NCBI GenBank assembly: GCA_040376895.1
Contig: JBEIPT010000001.1
Span: 1-38,698 of the forward strand
Source: Lysobacteraceae bacterium
Lineage (GTDB): Bacteria > Pseudomonadota > Gammaproteobacteria > Xanthomonadales > Ahniellaceae
DNA length: 38,698 nt
Direction: 5' to 3'
Shown here: one piece after another, positions 9,587 to 19,022 of the stretch
Layout: every line of letters begins with the position of its first letter
How positions within the stretch are numbered: position 1 is the first letter of the stretch
The notes under the pieces: generated by a model
Databases searched by the model: none
Told to the model about the DNA's origin: nothing
Seen by the model: only the letters and a program-made list of their open reading frames with translations
Position numbers and translations under genes: made by a program

Positions 9587-10704
9587 GCGGACTGTTCCTC
9601 GATCGTGCAGCAAAGCCCATCCAGAAACTGGTGGCCTATGATCCCGGCCACGACCTGCCGCGCTTGCGCGAGCGGTTTGGCGACATCATCGTCGAACTGG
9701 GCTCGAACGAGAACGGTTGGGGCACGTCGCCACTCGCAGTCGAGGCGGTGTCACGTGCTGTTCGTGACAGCTTTCGCTATCCGGATCCGCTGGGTCTCGG
9801 CTTGCGCGCGAAACTTGCCGAACGGCATGACTGCTCCGAAGAAGAAATCGTGCTCGGCAACGGTTCGCATGAATTGTTGATGCAACTGGCTCAGGTGTTT
9901 GCCGAGCCCGGTGACGAAGTCATCTATTCGCGTTACGGCTTCGCGGTCTATCCGATCGCCACGCGTGCCGTGGGCGCAACCGGTATAGCGGTCGATCCGT
10001 TTCCGCGCGATCACACGATGCCGCTCGGGACGAATCTGGCGAACATTCCGCCGGCCATCACCGAACGCACGAAGATCATTTTTGTCGCGAATCCGAACAA
10101 CCCGACCGGAACCCATTTCCGGATCGAGGATCTGCGTGCGCTGATGCGGGCTGTGCCGGGCAACATTCCGGTCGTGGTCGACGAAGCCTATACCGAGTTT
10201 GCCGATGCCCCGGGACTTGATTCGGCGATCACATTGCGTTCGGAATTCCCGAATCTGGTGGTGAGCCGCACGTTCTCGAAGGCCTACGGGCTCGCCGGGC
10301 TGCGTGTCGGTTATCTGGTGGCGCATCGAGATGTCTGCGAGCTGATCAATCGCCTGCGCGAGTCGTTCAACGTCAACACGCTCGGGCTGATTGCCGCCGA
10401 AGCCGCGCTTGACGATTCCGGGTTCCTGGCGCGAGTGCGCGAAGGTGTGCTGACTCAACGCGCACGTATCGCTGAAGCGGCCAAGGCGCTGGGTTGGTTC
10501 GTGTTCCCGAGTCAGACCAATTTTCTGCTGGTCGACTTTGGTCGCAAGGCGCAGCCAATCGAAGATGCGTTGTTCGAGCGTGCCGTGATTGTCCGGCCGA
10601 TGGTCGGTTACGGTTTGGGGAATTGCCTGCGCATGACGGTCGGCAATCCCGAAGAAACCGATCGTCTGATTGCCGCGCTTCAAGAGGTTCGTGATGCGGC
10701 TTGA
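9583..10704 (+). CDS. hisC: Histidinol-phosphate/aromatic aminotransferase
   Basis: LGSNEN, YPDP, GNGSHE, NPNNPTG, DEAY and RTFSKAYGLAGLRVGY motifs. ATGA overlap with pheA. Confidence 0.93.
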   Translation: MSGLFLDRAAKPIQKLVAYDPGHDLPRLRERFGDIIVELGSNENGWGTSPLAVEAVSRAVRDSFRYPDPLGLGLRAKLAERHDCSEEEIVLGNGSHELLMQLAQVFAEPGDEVIYSRYGFAVYPIATRAVGATGIAVDPFPRDHTMPLGTNLANIPPAITERTKIIFVANPNNPTGTHFRIEDLRALMRAVPGNIPVVVDEAYTEFADAPGLDSAITLRSEFPNLVVSRTFSKAYGLAGLRVGYLVAHRDVCELINRLRESFNVNTLGLIAAEAALDDSGFLARVREGVLTQRARIAEAAKALGWFVFPSQTNFLLVDFGRKAQPIEDALFERAVIVRPMVGYGLGNCLRMTVGNPEETDRLIAALQEVRDAA

Positions 10705-12013
10705 TTGGCTGGCGCGAACCGGGCGGCCGTTGACCGGCAGTATCCGCGTGCCGGGTGACAAGTCGGTCTCGCATCGAGCCATCATGCTGGCCAGCCTCGC
10801 CGAAGGCACGAGTCACATCCGCGGCTTCCTGGAAGGCGAAGACACGCGCGCCACGGCAAGGTGTTTTGCGCAGATGGGCGTGCGCATCGAAGCGCCCAAC
10901 GAAGGCGAGCGGATCGTCCACGGCGTTGGCCTGCACGGATTGACGGCGCCGAGCGCTCCGCTGGACTGCGGCAATGCTGGCACTGCCATGCGGTTGATGT
11001 GCGGTGTTCTGGCTGCACAGTCGTTTCCCAGCGTGCTCGTGGGTGACGAGTCGTTGACCAAGCGGCCCATGGCCCGGGTCATCGATCCCTTGTCCGAAAT
11101 GGGCGCCGTGATCACTGCCGCCGAAGGCAAACGGCCACCTTTGCAGGTGTCACCGGCCGCCGGGCTCATCGGGCGGCAATTCCGGCCACCGGTGGCCAGC
11201 GCACAAATCAAGTCGGCGCTGTTGCTCGCAGGGCTTTATGCCGAAGGTGAGACTTGGGTCAGCGAGGTTCATCCGACGCGCGATTACACCGAGTCGATGT
11301 TGCGCGGGTTTGGTGTCGTCGTGGATCAGGCTGGTGATGCGGTCGGTGTGCGTGGTGGCCAACGTTTGCGCGCGACCGACATCAACGTGCCGACCGATTT
11401 TTCATCCGCCGCGTTTTTCCTGGTCGCCGCGAGCATCATTCCCGGCTCCGATCTGACGATCTGCGATGTTGGCCTCAATCCTCGTCGCACCGGCTTGCTG
11501 GATTGCCTGCGCGACATGGGCGCCGACATTGAACTGTTGAACGAACGCATGGCCGGTGCCGAGCCCGTGGCGGACTTGCGGGTGCGGGCGCGCCGACTGC
11601 GCGGGATTGCCGTGCCGGAAGCCCGCGTGCCCGACATGATTGACGAATTCCCGGTTCTGTTTGTTGCCGCTGCCGTGGCAGAAGGGGTGACCACCATCTC
11701 GGGTGCCGCGGAGTTGCGCGTCAAGGAAAGTGATCGGATCAGCGTGATGGCCCAGGCACTTGCTGCGATGGGTGTGCAGATCGAGGAGCGCCCTGACGGT
11801 GCCCGGATCCAGGGCGACACGCGTTGGCAGGGCGCGGACGTGGATTCGCACGGTGATCACCGGTGTGCGATGAGCCTGAGTATCGCCGCCCAGTTCCTGG
11901 ACGGCGAATGCATCATTCGTGATTGCCGCAATGTCGACACTTCGTTTCCCGGTTTTCGCGAACTCGCGACGGGATGCGGCATGGACATCCAGGCAGTGAC
12001 GGAACCCGCATAG
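10694..12013 (+). CDS. aroA: 3-phosphoshikimate 1-carboxyvinyltransferase (EPSP synthase)
   Basis: PGDKSVSHRA, DCGNAGT, SAQIKSA, ELRVKESDRI and DHR motifs. Confidence 0.97.
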   Translation: MRLDWLARTGRPLTGSIRVPGDKSVSHRAIMLASLAEGTSHIRGFLEGEDTRATARCFAQMGVRIEAPNEGERIVHGVGLHGLTAPSAPLDCGNAGTAMRLMCGVLAAQSFPSVLVGDESLTKRPMARVIDPLSEMGAVITAAEGKRPPLQVSPAAGLIGRQFRPPVASAQIKSALLLAGLYAEGETWVSEVHPTRDYTESMLRGFGVVVDQAGDAVGVRGGQRLRATDINVPTDFSSAAFFLVAASIIPGSDLTICDVGLNPRRTGLLDCLRDMGADIELLNERMAGAEPVADLRVRARRLRGIAVPEARVPDMIDEFPVLFVAAAVAEGVTTISGAAELRVKESDRISVMAQALAAMGVQIEERPDGARIQGDTRWQGADVDSHGDHRCAMSLSIAAQFLDGECIIRDCRNVDTSFPGFRELATGCGMDIQAVTEPA

Positions 12014-12051
12014 TCGACGGGCAAGCCGATCGGGTTGCCGGGACCTGGCGG

Positions 12052-12489
12052 TCACGGCACCAGCATGATGTCGCCTGGACAGTTGTAGAGCATGAACTGC
12101 GCAACACTGCCGATCGTGAATTCGTCCTGGATCGAGCCCCGGTGTTTGCCGAGGACGACGACATCAGGACGCAATCGCAACGCTGCATTGAGCAACACGG
12201 TTGTCGCGAATCCGTGTTCCAGATGTATCGCGGCTCCGGGAAACCGGGCTTGATGTTCCTGCATGCGAAGTTCGGCATCAGCCTTTGTCAACGCAAGCAG
12301 TTTGGTGATGGCTGCTTCGGGGTACCCGTCCAAGCGCAGCAGCGCCTCTTCAGGCACCCGGCAACCGTGCGCGAGATGGAAGTGGATGTCTTGCAGCCAC
12401 GGTGAAGGTATGAAGGCGTTCGACCATGAAGCGTGATCGGAATCAATTAGGGCGCGGGGAACCTGCGATCCTTTGGCAGAAGTGAGCAA
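12052..12489 (-). pseudogene. Universal stress protein (USP) domain, probably N-terminally truncated
   Basis: The C-terminal USP signature DVVVLGKHRG...IGSVAQFML...DIMLVP is present. There is no clear first beta-strand (ILVAVD), and the TTG start lacks an obvious RBS. Confidence 0.55.
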
Positions 12490-12519
12490 TCGGCGTGAAA
12501 GAAGTGTCAGTGTGGCGAC

Positions 12520-13224
12520 TCAGGGCGCGAACAAGTGGCCCAGTCGCACTGGTGCCGGGACATCAACCGGTTCAACCAAAGCGGCATGATTGTTCTTCGG
12601 GCTGCCCACCGCACGATCGACCGGGAACCATCTGGCCGTGCCGCCGGGCGCCGGCCGCAACAACGGATCCAGTGCCGCCGCAGGTGCCTCCAGCCAGAAT
12701 CGCCAGTCCGATGGTGCAAGCAGCACCGGCATCCGATCGTGCAATGGCGCAATTTCTTCACTCGCCGCGCAAGTGAGAATGCTGAAGGTCTCGACATCGA
12801 TCTGGTCCGGTCCGCGCCATCGTTCCCAGATGCCGGCAGCAACAAACAGTGAGTCATGTTGCGGCACCACGGCGCAGGGTTGCTTCTGCCGGGTGTCGCC
12901 GATCCATTCGAAGTAGCCGCTCTGCGGCACCAGGCAGCGGCGTTTGCGGTAGGCCTGTCTGAAGGATGGTTTCTCCGCGACCGATTCAGCTCGGGCATTG
13001 ATCGTCTGGCTGGCGATTCGTGTGTCTTTCGCCCAAGCTGGAATCAAGCCCCAGCGCAACAGATCGATACTCAGATCACCATCGTCATCGACGCGCACCA
13101 CAGGCGCGAGTTGGGTTGGCGCAATGTTGTAGCTGGCAGCATAAACCGGGTATTTGTGGCCCCTGATGTCAAAATGGGCGGCCAGTTGTTCGGGCAGGGT
13201 GGCGAGAAAATAGCGGCCGCACAT
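12520..13224 (-). CDS. SOS response-associated peptidase (SRAP/HMCES/YedK family; abasic-site crosslinking)
   Basis: N-terminal MCGRY, then YNIAPTQ, WGLIPAW, INARAE, GYFEW and HDRMP. Start moved to the MCGR Met at 13224. Confidence 0.95.
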   Translation of the reverse strand: MCGRYFLATLPEQLAAHFDIRGHKYPVYAASYNIAPTQLAPVVRVDDDGDLSIDLLRWGLIPAWAKDTRIASQTINARAESVAEKPSFRQAYRKRRCLVPQSGYFEWIGDTRQKQPCAVVPQHDSLFVAAGIWERWRGPDQIDVETFSILTCAASEEIAPLHDRMPVLLAPSDWRFWLEAPAAALDPLLRPAPGGTARWFPVDRAVGSPKNNHAALVEPVDVPAPVRLGHLFAP

Positions 13225-13228
13225 GGGA

Positions 13229-13849
13229 TCAGCGTTTGCGGAAGACGCCGTAGCAGAAATGCTGACTGCGGCCGGACGGGGTGATGTGGTCTTCGAAGAC
13301 TTCACCGAGCAGGTCTAATGAATCCTTGCCCAGCATGGTGTGCATCAAATCAGCATCGCGACGTTGTACCGGCAGGCCGCTGCAGCGTTCCGGGCCGTCC
13401 GGTGCAAACCCGGCGATCACTGCAATCCCTCCGGGCACCAACGCGTGACGCACTTGCCGACCGTACGCGGCTTCATCGGCTGGATCAGTGAGGAAATGTG
13501 CAACCGCCCGGTCGTGCCAGAAATCAAAGCTCCTGGCAGGGAGCGGGACGTCACGGATATCGCCGCATAACCAATTGATGTTTGCCGCCCGGGCACCCAG
13601 GCGTGCCCGCATTTGGTCCAGGGCCCTTGCCGACAGATCCAGCACGCACAGGTGGCTCAAGCCCATCGTCAACAGGTCATCGACGAGCGTCGATACGCCC
13701 GCGCCGACATCGATGAACCGTGATCCCGGGTGAATGCCTTGCTGCGTCAGCAACTGCAGCGACAGGTCGAGATGCGAACGCGTCCAGCTCAGAACATCGA
13801 CCGGCTTCTCGTACACCGACTGCCAATGGGAGCTTGCTGGATCCTTCAT
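13229..13849 (-). CDS. Class I SAM-dependent methyltransferase
   Basis: HWQSVY, IDVGAG motif I, LDLS, WHDRAVAHFL and GPERCSGLPV. Confidence 0.88.
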   Translation of the reverse strand: MKDPASSHWQSVYEKPVDVLSWTRSHLDLSLQLLTQQGIHPGSRFIDVGAGVSTLVDDLLTMGLSHLCVLDLSARALDQMRARLGARAANINWLCGDIRDVPLPARSFDFWHDRAVAHFLTDPADEAAYGRQVRHALVPGGIAVIAGFAPDGPERCSGLPVQRRDADLMHTMLGKDSLDLLGEVFEDHITPSGRSQHFCYGVFRKR

Positions 13850-14018
13850 ATCCGATTCCGTATGGCGAGGCCGAATGATGACAGCAACCAGCAAGGGCCG
13901 TGGAATGTCCAAAGAAGGCGGAATCGATGATTTGCGTGACGCGGAACATCCGGCCCTGCCCGGGTGCACGGGTTTGCGCTAGCTTTCGTCCCCTGATTTC
14001 CAATTGTCGGATATCCCC

Positions 14019-14822
14019 ATGTTTGACCTGCGAGTTTCACTGATCCAGGCCGCCACGGTCTGGCACGACGCGGCTGCGAACCGCGAGTTGTATGGCGCGC
14101 TGGTGCGCCCGTTGCAAGGCAGCACCGATCTGGTCGTATTGCCGGAAACGTTCACGAGTGGTTTCTCGAACGAAGCGATCCACCATGCCGAAACCATGGC
14201 GGGCGACACCGTTGCCTGGATGTCGGCATTGGCTGTGGAAATCGGCGCCGTGGTGACCGGCAGCGTGATTCTGCGCGACGGTGATCAGGTCTTCAACCGC
14301 CTGCTCTGGGCGCGCCCGGATGGCAGTGTCGTGCACTACGACAAACGCCATCTGTTCCGCATGGCGCGCGAACACGAGCGTTATGCCGCGGGCCGTGATC
14401 GACTGATCGTCGAACTCAAGGGTTGGCGGATTTGTCCGCTGGTCTGTTACGACCTCCGGTTCCCGGTGTTCATGCGTAATGGTCGTGCAGCCGAATCGCC
14501 CGGCGGCATGGACTACGACTTGTTGTTGTTCGTCGCGAACTGGCCGGCGCCGCGTCGGCATCCGTGGCGCACATTGCTGCGCGCCCGTGCGATCGAAAAT
14601 CTTTCCTATGTGGTGGGCGTCAATCGGGTCGGGCGGGATGGCAATGATCTGGACTACGCCGGCGACAGTGCGGTAATCGATTTTGTCGGTGAAGCGCTGG
14701 TGGACTGCGGCAGTGAGCCCTTGGTTGTCACGAGTACCTTGTCCTGGGCCAGGCTGCAGGCTCACCGTGATCGGTTTCCGGCCTGGATGGATGCCGATCG
14801 CTTCACGTTGGAGGACGCATGA
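14019..14822 (+). CDS. yafV: Carbon-nitrogen hydrolase, omega-amidase YafV-like
   Basis: LPETFTSGF (catalytic E), YDKRHLF (K), CYDLRFP (C) and ARAIEN. Confidence 0.88.
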   Translation: MFDLRVSLIQAATVWHDAAANRELYGALVRPLQGSTDLVVLPETFTSGFSNEAIHHAETMAGDTVAWMSALAVEIGAVVTGSVILRDGDQVFNRLLWARPDGSVVHYDKRHLFRMAREHERYAAGRDRLIVELKGWRICPLVCYDLRFPVFMRNGRAAESPGGMDYDLLLFVANWPAPRRHPWRTLLRARAIENLSYVVGVNRVGRDGNDLDYAGDSAVIDFVGEALVDCGSEPLVVTSTLSWARLQAHRDRFPAWMDADRFTLEDA

Positions 14823-15694
14823 GCACGCTCGCCACGTTGTTGATGGGTGCAAGCCTGATGGCGGCTCCCGCGGCCGACCTGGAACCGAAGCAGTGCTACA
14901 ACTGTGCGGACTGGAATGAACCACAAGAGCCGTTTCAATTGGCGCCGAACACTTGGTACATCGGTCCGAAAGGTCTGTCGGTTCTGATGGTGCGGACACC
15001 CGAAGGGCTGGTGGTGTTCGATGCCGGTCTACCGCAAACCGTGCCAGTGATCGAGGCCAATCTGAAGGCTTTGGGTCATGGCCTCGGCGATATCAAGCTG
15101 ATCCTGAACTCACATGCCCACTATGACCATGCAGGTGGCCTGGCCGCGTTGTCGCGCCTGAGCGGCGCGCCGGTTGCCACGCGCACGCTGGGCGCAAAGG
15201 CCTTGTCGATCGGCAACGTCGACCCGGCCGACCCGCAGGCGGCATTCGGAGCCGACAACGCCTATCCGCCAGTCAGCAATGTGAAAAGCCTGGGGGACAG
15301 TGAAACCATCCAATTCGGTGGCCTGACCATCAACTCGCACGACAGCACCGGCCATACGCCGGGCAGTACCTCTTACTCATGGCGGGATTGCGGGAACGGG
15401 GTTTGTGTCGACATGGTCTATGCCGACAGCATCACGGCTGTATCGGCGCCCGAATTCCGATTCACCGACGATCCCGCCCGCCTGGCTGTGTTCGAGGCGA
15501 CCTTTGATCGTTTGGCAGGGTTGCCGTGCCAGGTTCTGGTCAGCACTCACCCGGATTTCAGCGGGTTGTTCGAGAAGGCCGCAAAAACCGGAGGCCCGGA
15601 GCGATTCATCGATCCGGATTCGTGCCGGGACTACGCGGCCAAGGGGCGCGAACGGCTGGCGTTGCGGCTGAAGGAAGAGGCCGAGGCGCAGTAA
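14819..15694 (+). CDS. Subclass B3 metallo-beta-lactamase (secreted)
   Basis: Signal peptide, then CYNCADWNEPQEPF, SHAHYDHAGG, GHTPGSTS, YADSITA and STHP. This is the complete HHH/DHH zinc-ligand set. Confidence 0.88.
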   Translation: MSTLATLLMGASLMAAPAADLEPKQCYNCADWNEPQEPFQLAPNTWYIGPKGLSVLMVRTPEGLVVFDAGLPQTVPVIEANLKALGHGLGDIKLILNSHAHYDHAGGLAALSRLSGAPVATRTLGAKALSIGNVDPADPQAAFGADNAYPPVSNVKSLGDSETIQFGGLTINSHDSTGHTPGSTSYSWRDCGNGVCVDMVYADSITAVSAPEFRFTDDPARLAVFEATFDRLAGLPCQVLVSTHPDFSGLFEKAAKTGGPERFIDPDSCRDYAAKGRERLALRLKEEAEAQ

Positions 15695-15779
15695 CGAAGT
15701 ATGGCGGCCGGGTGCGCTGAACTGGCTCGTTACCGGCCGGCAAGCTACGCTTGCGACCTCTTTTTCCTGCGATCTCGCC

Positions 15780-16787
15780 ATGCTCAAGATCGACACGCAC
15801 GCCCACATCCTGCCGCGCGATTGGCCGAATCTGGCCGAGAAGTACGGCGACGACCGATTTGCGGTCATTCACCACAGCGAAGGTCGGCACCGGATCTACA
15901 AGGACGGCAAGTTTTTCCGCGAGATCTGGCCGAATACCTGGGATCCGGAATTGCGCATTGCCGACTATGCGCGATTTGGCGTGCAGGTTCAGGTCATTTC
16001 CACCGTCCCGGTCTTGTTCTCCTATTGGGCGAAGCCGCACCAGGCGCTCGATCTCCATGAACACCTGAACAATCACAAGGCCGAACTGTGTCGCTCGTAT
16101 CCGCGTCATTTTGCGGCGCTGGGCACGGTTCCGCTGCAGTCACCCCGGTTGGCGATCCAGGAGATGGAACGCTGTGTTGAACAACTGGGTCTGGCTGGCG
16201 TCCAGATCGGATCACACGTCAACGATTGGAATCTCGACGCGCCGGAACTGTTCGAGTTCTTCCAGGCGGCACAGGACCTTGATTGCGCCATCCTGATCCA
16301 TCCGTGGGACATGATGGGTACGGACACCATGCCGAAATACTGGCTGCCTTGGTTGGTCGGCATGCCGGCCGAACAATCGCGCGCTGCGTGCTCGCTGATC
16401 TTCGGCGGTGTGCTGGAAAAGTTGCCGAAGCTGCGTATCTGTTTTGCCCACGGGGGTGGTTCGTTCCCATTCACCATCGGTCGCATCGAACATGGGTTCC
16501 GCATGCGTCCTGACTTGGTGGCGCTCGACAATCCGCGCAATCCGCGCGAATACCTGAAGCGGGTGTTCTTCGATTCTTGTGTGCACGATCCGCAGGCTTT
16601 GCGATATCTGCTGGATGTGGTCGGCACCGATCGAGTGATGCTCGGTACCGACTACCCGTTCCCCCTTGGCGAACAGGAGCCGGGCAGCGGCATCAACAGG
16701 CTTGAGCTGGATCCGGTTGCACAGGCGCACTTGTTCCATGGCAGTGCGCTGCAGTGGTTGAAGCTGCCCATGTCCCGTTTCGATTGA
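15780..16787 (+). CDS. 2-amino-3-carboxymuconate-6-semialdehyde decarboxylase (ACMSD, amidohydrolase family)
   Basis: IDTHAHILP, STVPVLFSYW, HPWDM, WLVGMPAE, AHGGG and GTDYPFPLGE motifs. Adjacent to kynU. Confidence 0.9.
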   Translation: MLKIDTHAHILPRDWPNLAEKYGDDRFAVIHHSEGRHRIYKDGKFFREIWPNTWDPELRIADYARFGVQVQVISTVPVLFSYWAKPHQALDLHEHLNNHKAELCRSYPRHFAALGTVPLQSPRLAIQEMERCVEQLGLAGVQIGSHVNDWNLDAPELFEFFQAAQDLDCAILIHPWDMMGTDTMPKYWLPWLVGMPAEQSRAACSLIFGGVLEKLPKLRICFAHGGGSFPFTIGRIEHGFRMRPDLVALDNPRNPREYLKRVFFDSCVHDPQALRYLLDVVGTDRVMLGTDYPFPLGEQEPGSGINRLELDPVAQAHLFHGSALQWLKLPMSRFD

Positions 16788-16794
16788 GTCCCAC

Positions 16795-18081
16795 ATGAGT
16801 CCCGCGGCGATGAATCTACAATCCGAACACTGGGCGCTCGAACAGGATGCGCGTGATGAATTGGCGGCGTTCCGGGACGAGTTCCTGATCCCGAAACATG
16901 ACGGCCGGGAACAGGCCTATTTCTGCGGCAACTCTCTGGGGCTGCAACCGAGCGGCACCTGGGCTGCGCTGCAGACCGAACTCGAAGACTGGCGTGACCT
17001 CGGTGTCGAAGGGCACTTCCGCGGGCGCAATCCATGGATGCCTTACCACGAGTTCGTCCGCAAACATCTGGCCGAACTGGTTGGTGCCCAGGAATCGGAA
17101 GTGGTCGCGATGAACTCGCTGACCGTCAACCTGCATCTGCTCATGGTCAGTTTCTATCGGCCGACGAAAGAGCGGCCGGCGATCCTGATCGAAGCTGGCG
17201 CGTTCCCATCCGATCGATATGCAGTCGCCTCACAAATCGGATTTCACGGTTTTGATCCGGAACGCGACTTGATCGAACTTGGCCCTGATAGCGAGGGCGG
17301 TACGATTTCGATGGCCTCGTTGAAGCGCGTGTTGATGCAACAGGGTCACCGGGTTGCGCTCGTATTGTGGCCAGGTGTGCAATACCGCACCGGGCAGCGG
17401 TTCGACCTTCGGCAGATTGCCGATCTGGGGCATCGTGCCGGCGCACTGGTGGGGTTCGATCTGGCGCATGCAGTGGGCAATGTGCCGGTTGACTTGCATG
17501 CCAGCAACGCCGATTTCGCGGCGTGGTGCAGCTACAAATACCTGAACTCAGGCCCGGGCTCGATTGCCGGAGCATTCGTTCACGAGCGCCATGCCCGAAC
17601 CGACCGACCGCGATTCGCAGGGTGGTGGGGTCACGATCAGTCGACGCGTTTTCGGATGGGGCCACAATTCCAGCCGACTCCGGGGGCGGAAGGTTGGCAG
17701 TTGTCGAACCCTCCGATCTTTGCACTCGCACCGCTGAAAGCCTCGCTGGACGTGTTCCATCGTGCAGGCCTGGCTCGGTTGCGTGCAAAATCCCTGCGAC
17801 TCACGGCTTATCTGGAAGCGCTGGTTGGCGCCCATCTCGGCGAGTTCATCGAGATCATCACACCGGTCGACCCCGAGCAGCGGGGCTGCCAGTTGAGCCT
17901 GCGTGTGCGCGCCGGCCGTGAAACCGGACGTGCTTTGTTCGATGCCTTGGCGAATCAGGGCGTCGTCGGCGATTGGCGCGAACCCGACGTCATCCGCATG
18001 TCACCGACCCCGCTGTACAACCGGTTCAGTGACTGCTGGCGGTTCATCACCGCGGCTCGCGCTTTTTTCGTGACGGGCTGA
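16795..18081 (+). CDS. kynU: Kynureninase
   Basis: YFCGNSLGLQP, MNSLTVNLH, FPSDRY, DLAHAVGN, WCSYKYLNSGPG and GWWGH motifs. Confidence 0.97.
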   Translation: MSPAAMNLQSEHWALEQDARDELAAFRDEFLIPKHDGREQAYFCGNSLGLQPSGTWAALQTELEDWRDLGVEGHFRGRNPWMPYHEFVRKHLAELVGAQESEVVAMNSLTVNLHLLMVSFYRPTKERPAILIEAGAFPSDRYAVASQIGFHGFDPERDLIELGPDSEGGTISMASLKRVLMQQGHRVALVLWPGVQYRTGQRFDLRQIADLGHRAGALVGFDLAHAVGNVPVDLHASNADFAAWCSYKYLNSGPGSIAGAFVHERHARTDRPRFAGWWGHDQSTRFRMGPQFQPTPGAEGWQLSNPPIFALAPLKASLDVFHRAGLARLRAKSLRLTAYLEALVGAHLGEFIEIITPVDPEQRGCQLSLRVRAGRETGRALFDALANQGVVGDWREPDVIRMSPTPLYNRFSDCWRFITAARAFFVTG

Positions 18082-18871
18082 TCGAGTCGTCCAGATAACG
18101 CACAGCCAGCGGCCCGGCGTCGAAGCCAAGTTCGAGCGTGTGTGTGGTCCAGGCGATGGCCTGTGCGCAGGCTTCGGGAAGCGGCACATCCTGCGCGAGC
18201 AGGGCCGTCAAGGCCGACGACAGATGACAGCCGGTGCCGTGAGTCTTGCCCAGCTTCAGTCTTGGATGGTCGAATGACTCGACCGAAGATGCGGTGACCA
18301 GACGGTCGGTGACCGTGTTGCTCCGGCTGTGGCCACCCTTGACCAATACAGCGCCTGCCCCGAGGTCGAGCAGTCGTCTGGCCGCAGCCAACGCACGGGC
18401 AGAGGTATCCACCGCCATGCCGGTCAGGTGGGCAAGCTCGGGCAGGTTGGGGGTCAGCACGTCGATCGCAGACATGAGTTCGAGCAAGTGGCGCGGCATC
18501 TGCTGGCTGGTCAGCGCCATGCCACGTGATGCCACCAGAACCGGATCCACGACCAGTTGGCCGAGCCGTCCTTGTCGGGACATGGAGTGGATCAAGCGCA
18601 ACTGGCCGGCACTCCCGGCGAGTCCGATCTTGGTGACGGCGGGGCTGAATTCCTCCAGCAGGCACACCAGTTGTTGCGTGAAGGCACGCAGAGGGCGTGG
18701 CTGGACCGATTCGACCCGGCTCGTGTTCTGGACTGTTTCAGCGGAAACCAGACCCAAACCGTGAACACCGAATGCGGCAAAACTGCGAATGTCCGCCAGC
18801 AGGCCTGCGCCACCGCTCGGGTCCATTCCGGAAATGGCCAAACAGGTGGCTTTGTTGTGTTTTCGCAACAC
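18047..18871 (-). CDS. thiD: Hydroxymethylpyrimidine/phosphomethylpyrimidine kinase
   Basis: ISGMDPSGGAGLLAD, VDPVL, TPNLPE, VLVKGGH and HGTGC motifs. Probable GTG start at 18871 after aaggga. The 3' end overlaps kynU by 35 bp. Confidence 0.9.
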   Translation of the reverse strand: MLRKHNKATCLAISGMDPSGGAGLLADIRSFAAFGVHGLGLVSAETVQNTSRVESVQPRPLRAFTQQLVCLLEEFSPAVTKIGLAGSAGQLRLIHSMSRQGRLGQLVVDPVLVASRGMALTSQQMPRHLLELMSAIDVLTPNLPELAHLTGMAVDTSARALAAARRLLDLGAGAVLVKGGHSRSNTVTDRLVTASSVESFDHPRLKLGKTHGTGCHLSSALTALLAQDVPLPEACAQAIAWTTHTLELGFDAGPLAVRYLDDSISPSRKKREPR

Positions 18872-19022
18872 AGAAGTATCCCTTGAATATGGGAGTTTAG
18901 GCTTCTGATCAGGGGTTTGGCGCATTTTGGACTGAATTTCCGGATAAACGGCTGTTGACCGCTTGTTGTTTTTTTGTCACCATGTCGTACATTCACAACA
19001 AGCCCGCGATCGAGACCATCCC

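Noticed and set aside
18872-19022. TPP riboswitch between thiD and the outer-membrane protein gene
   Set aside because: There are partial resemblances (cctgatc, ggataa), but the conserved CTGAGA core and stem layout are absent on both strands.
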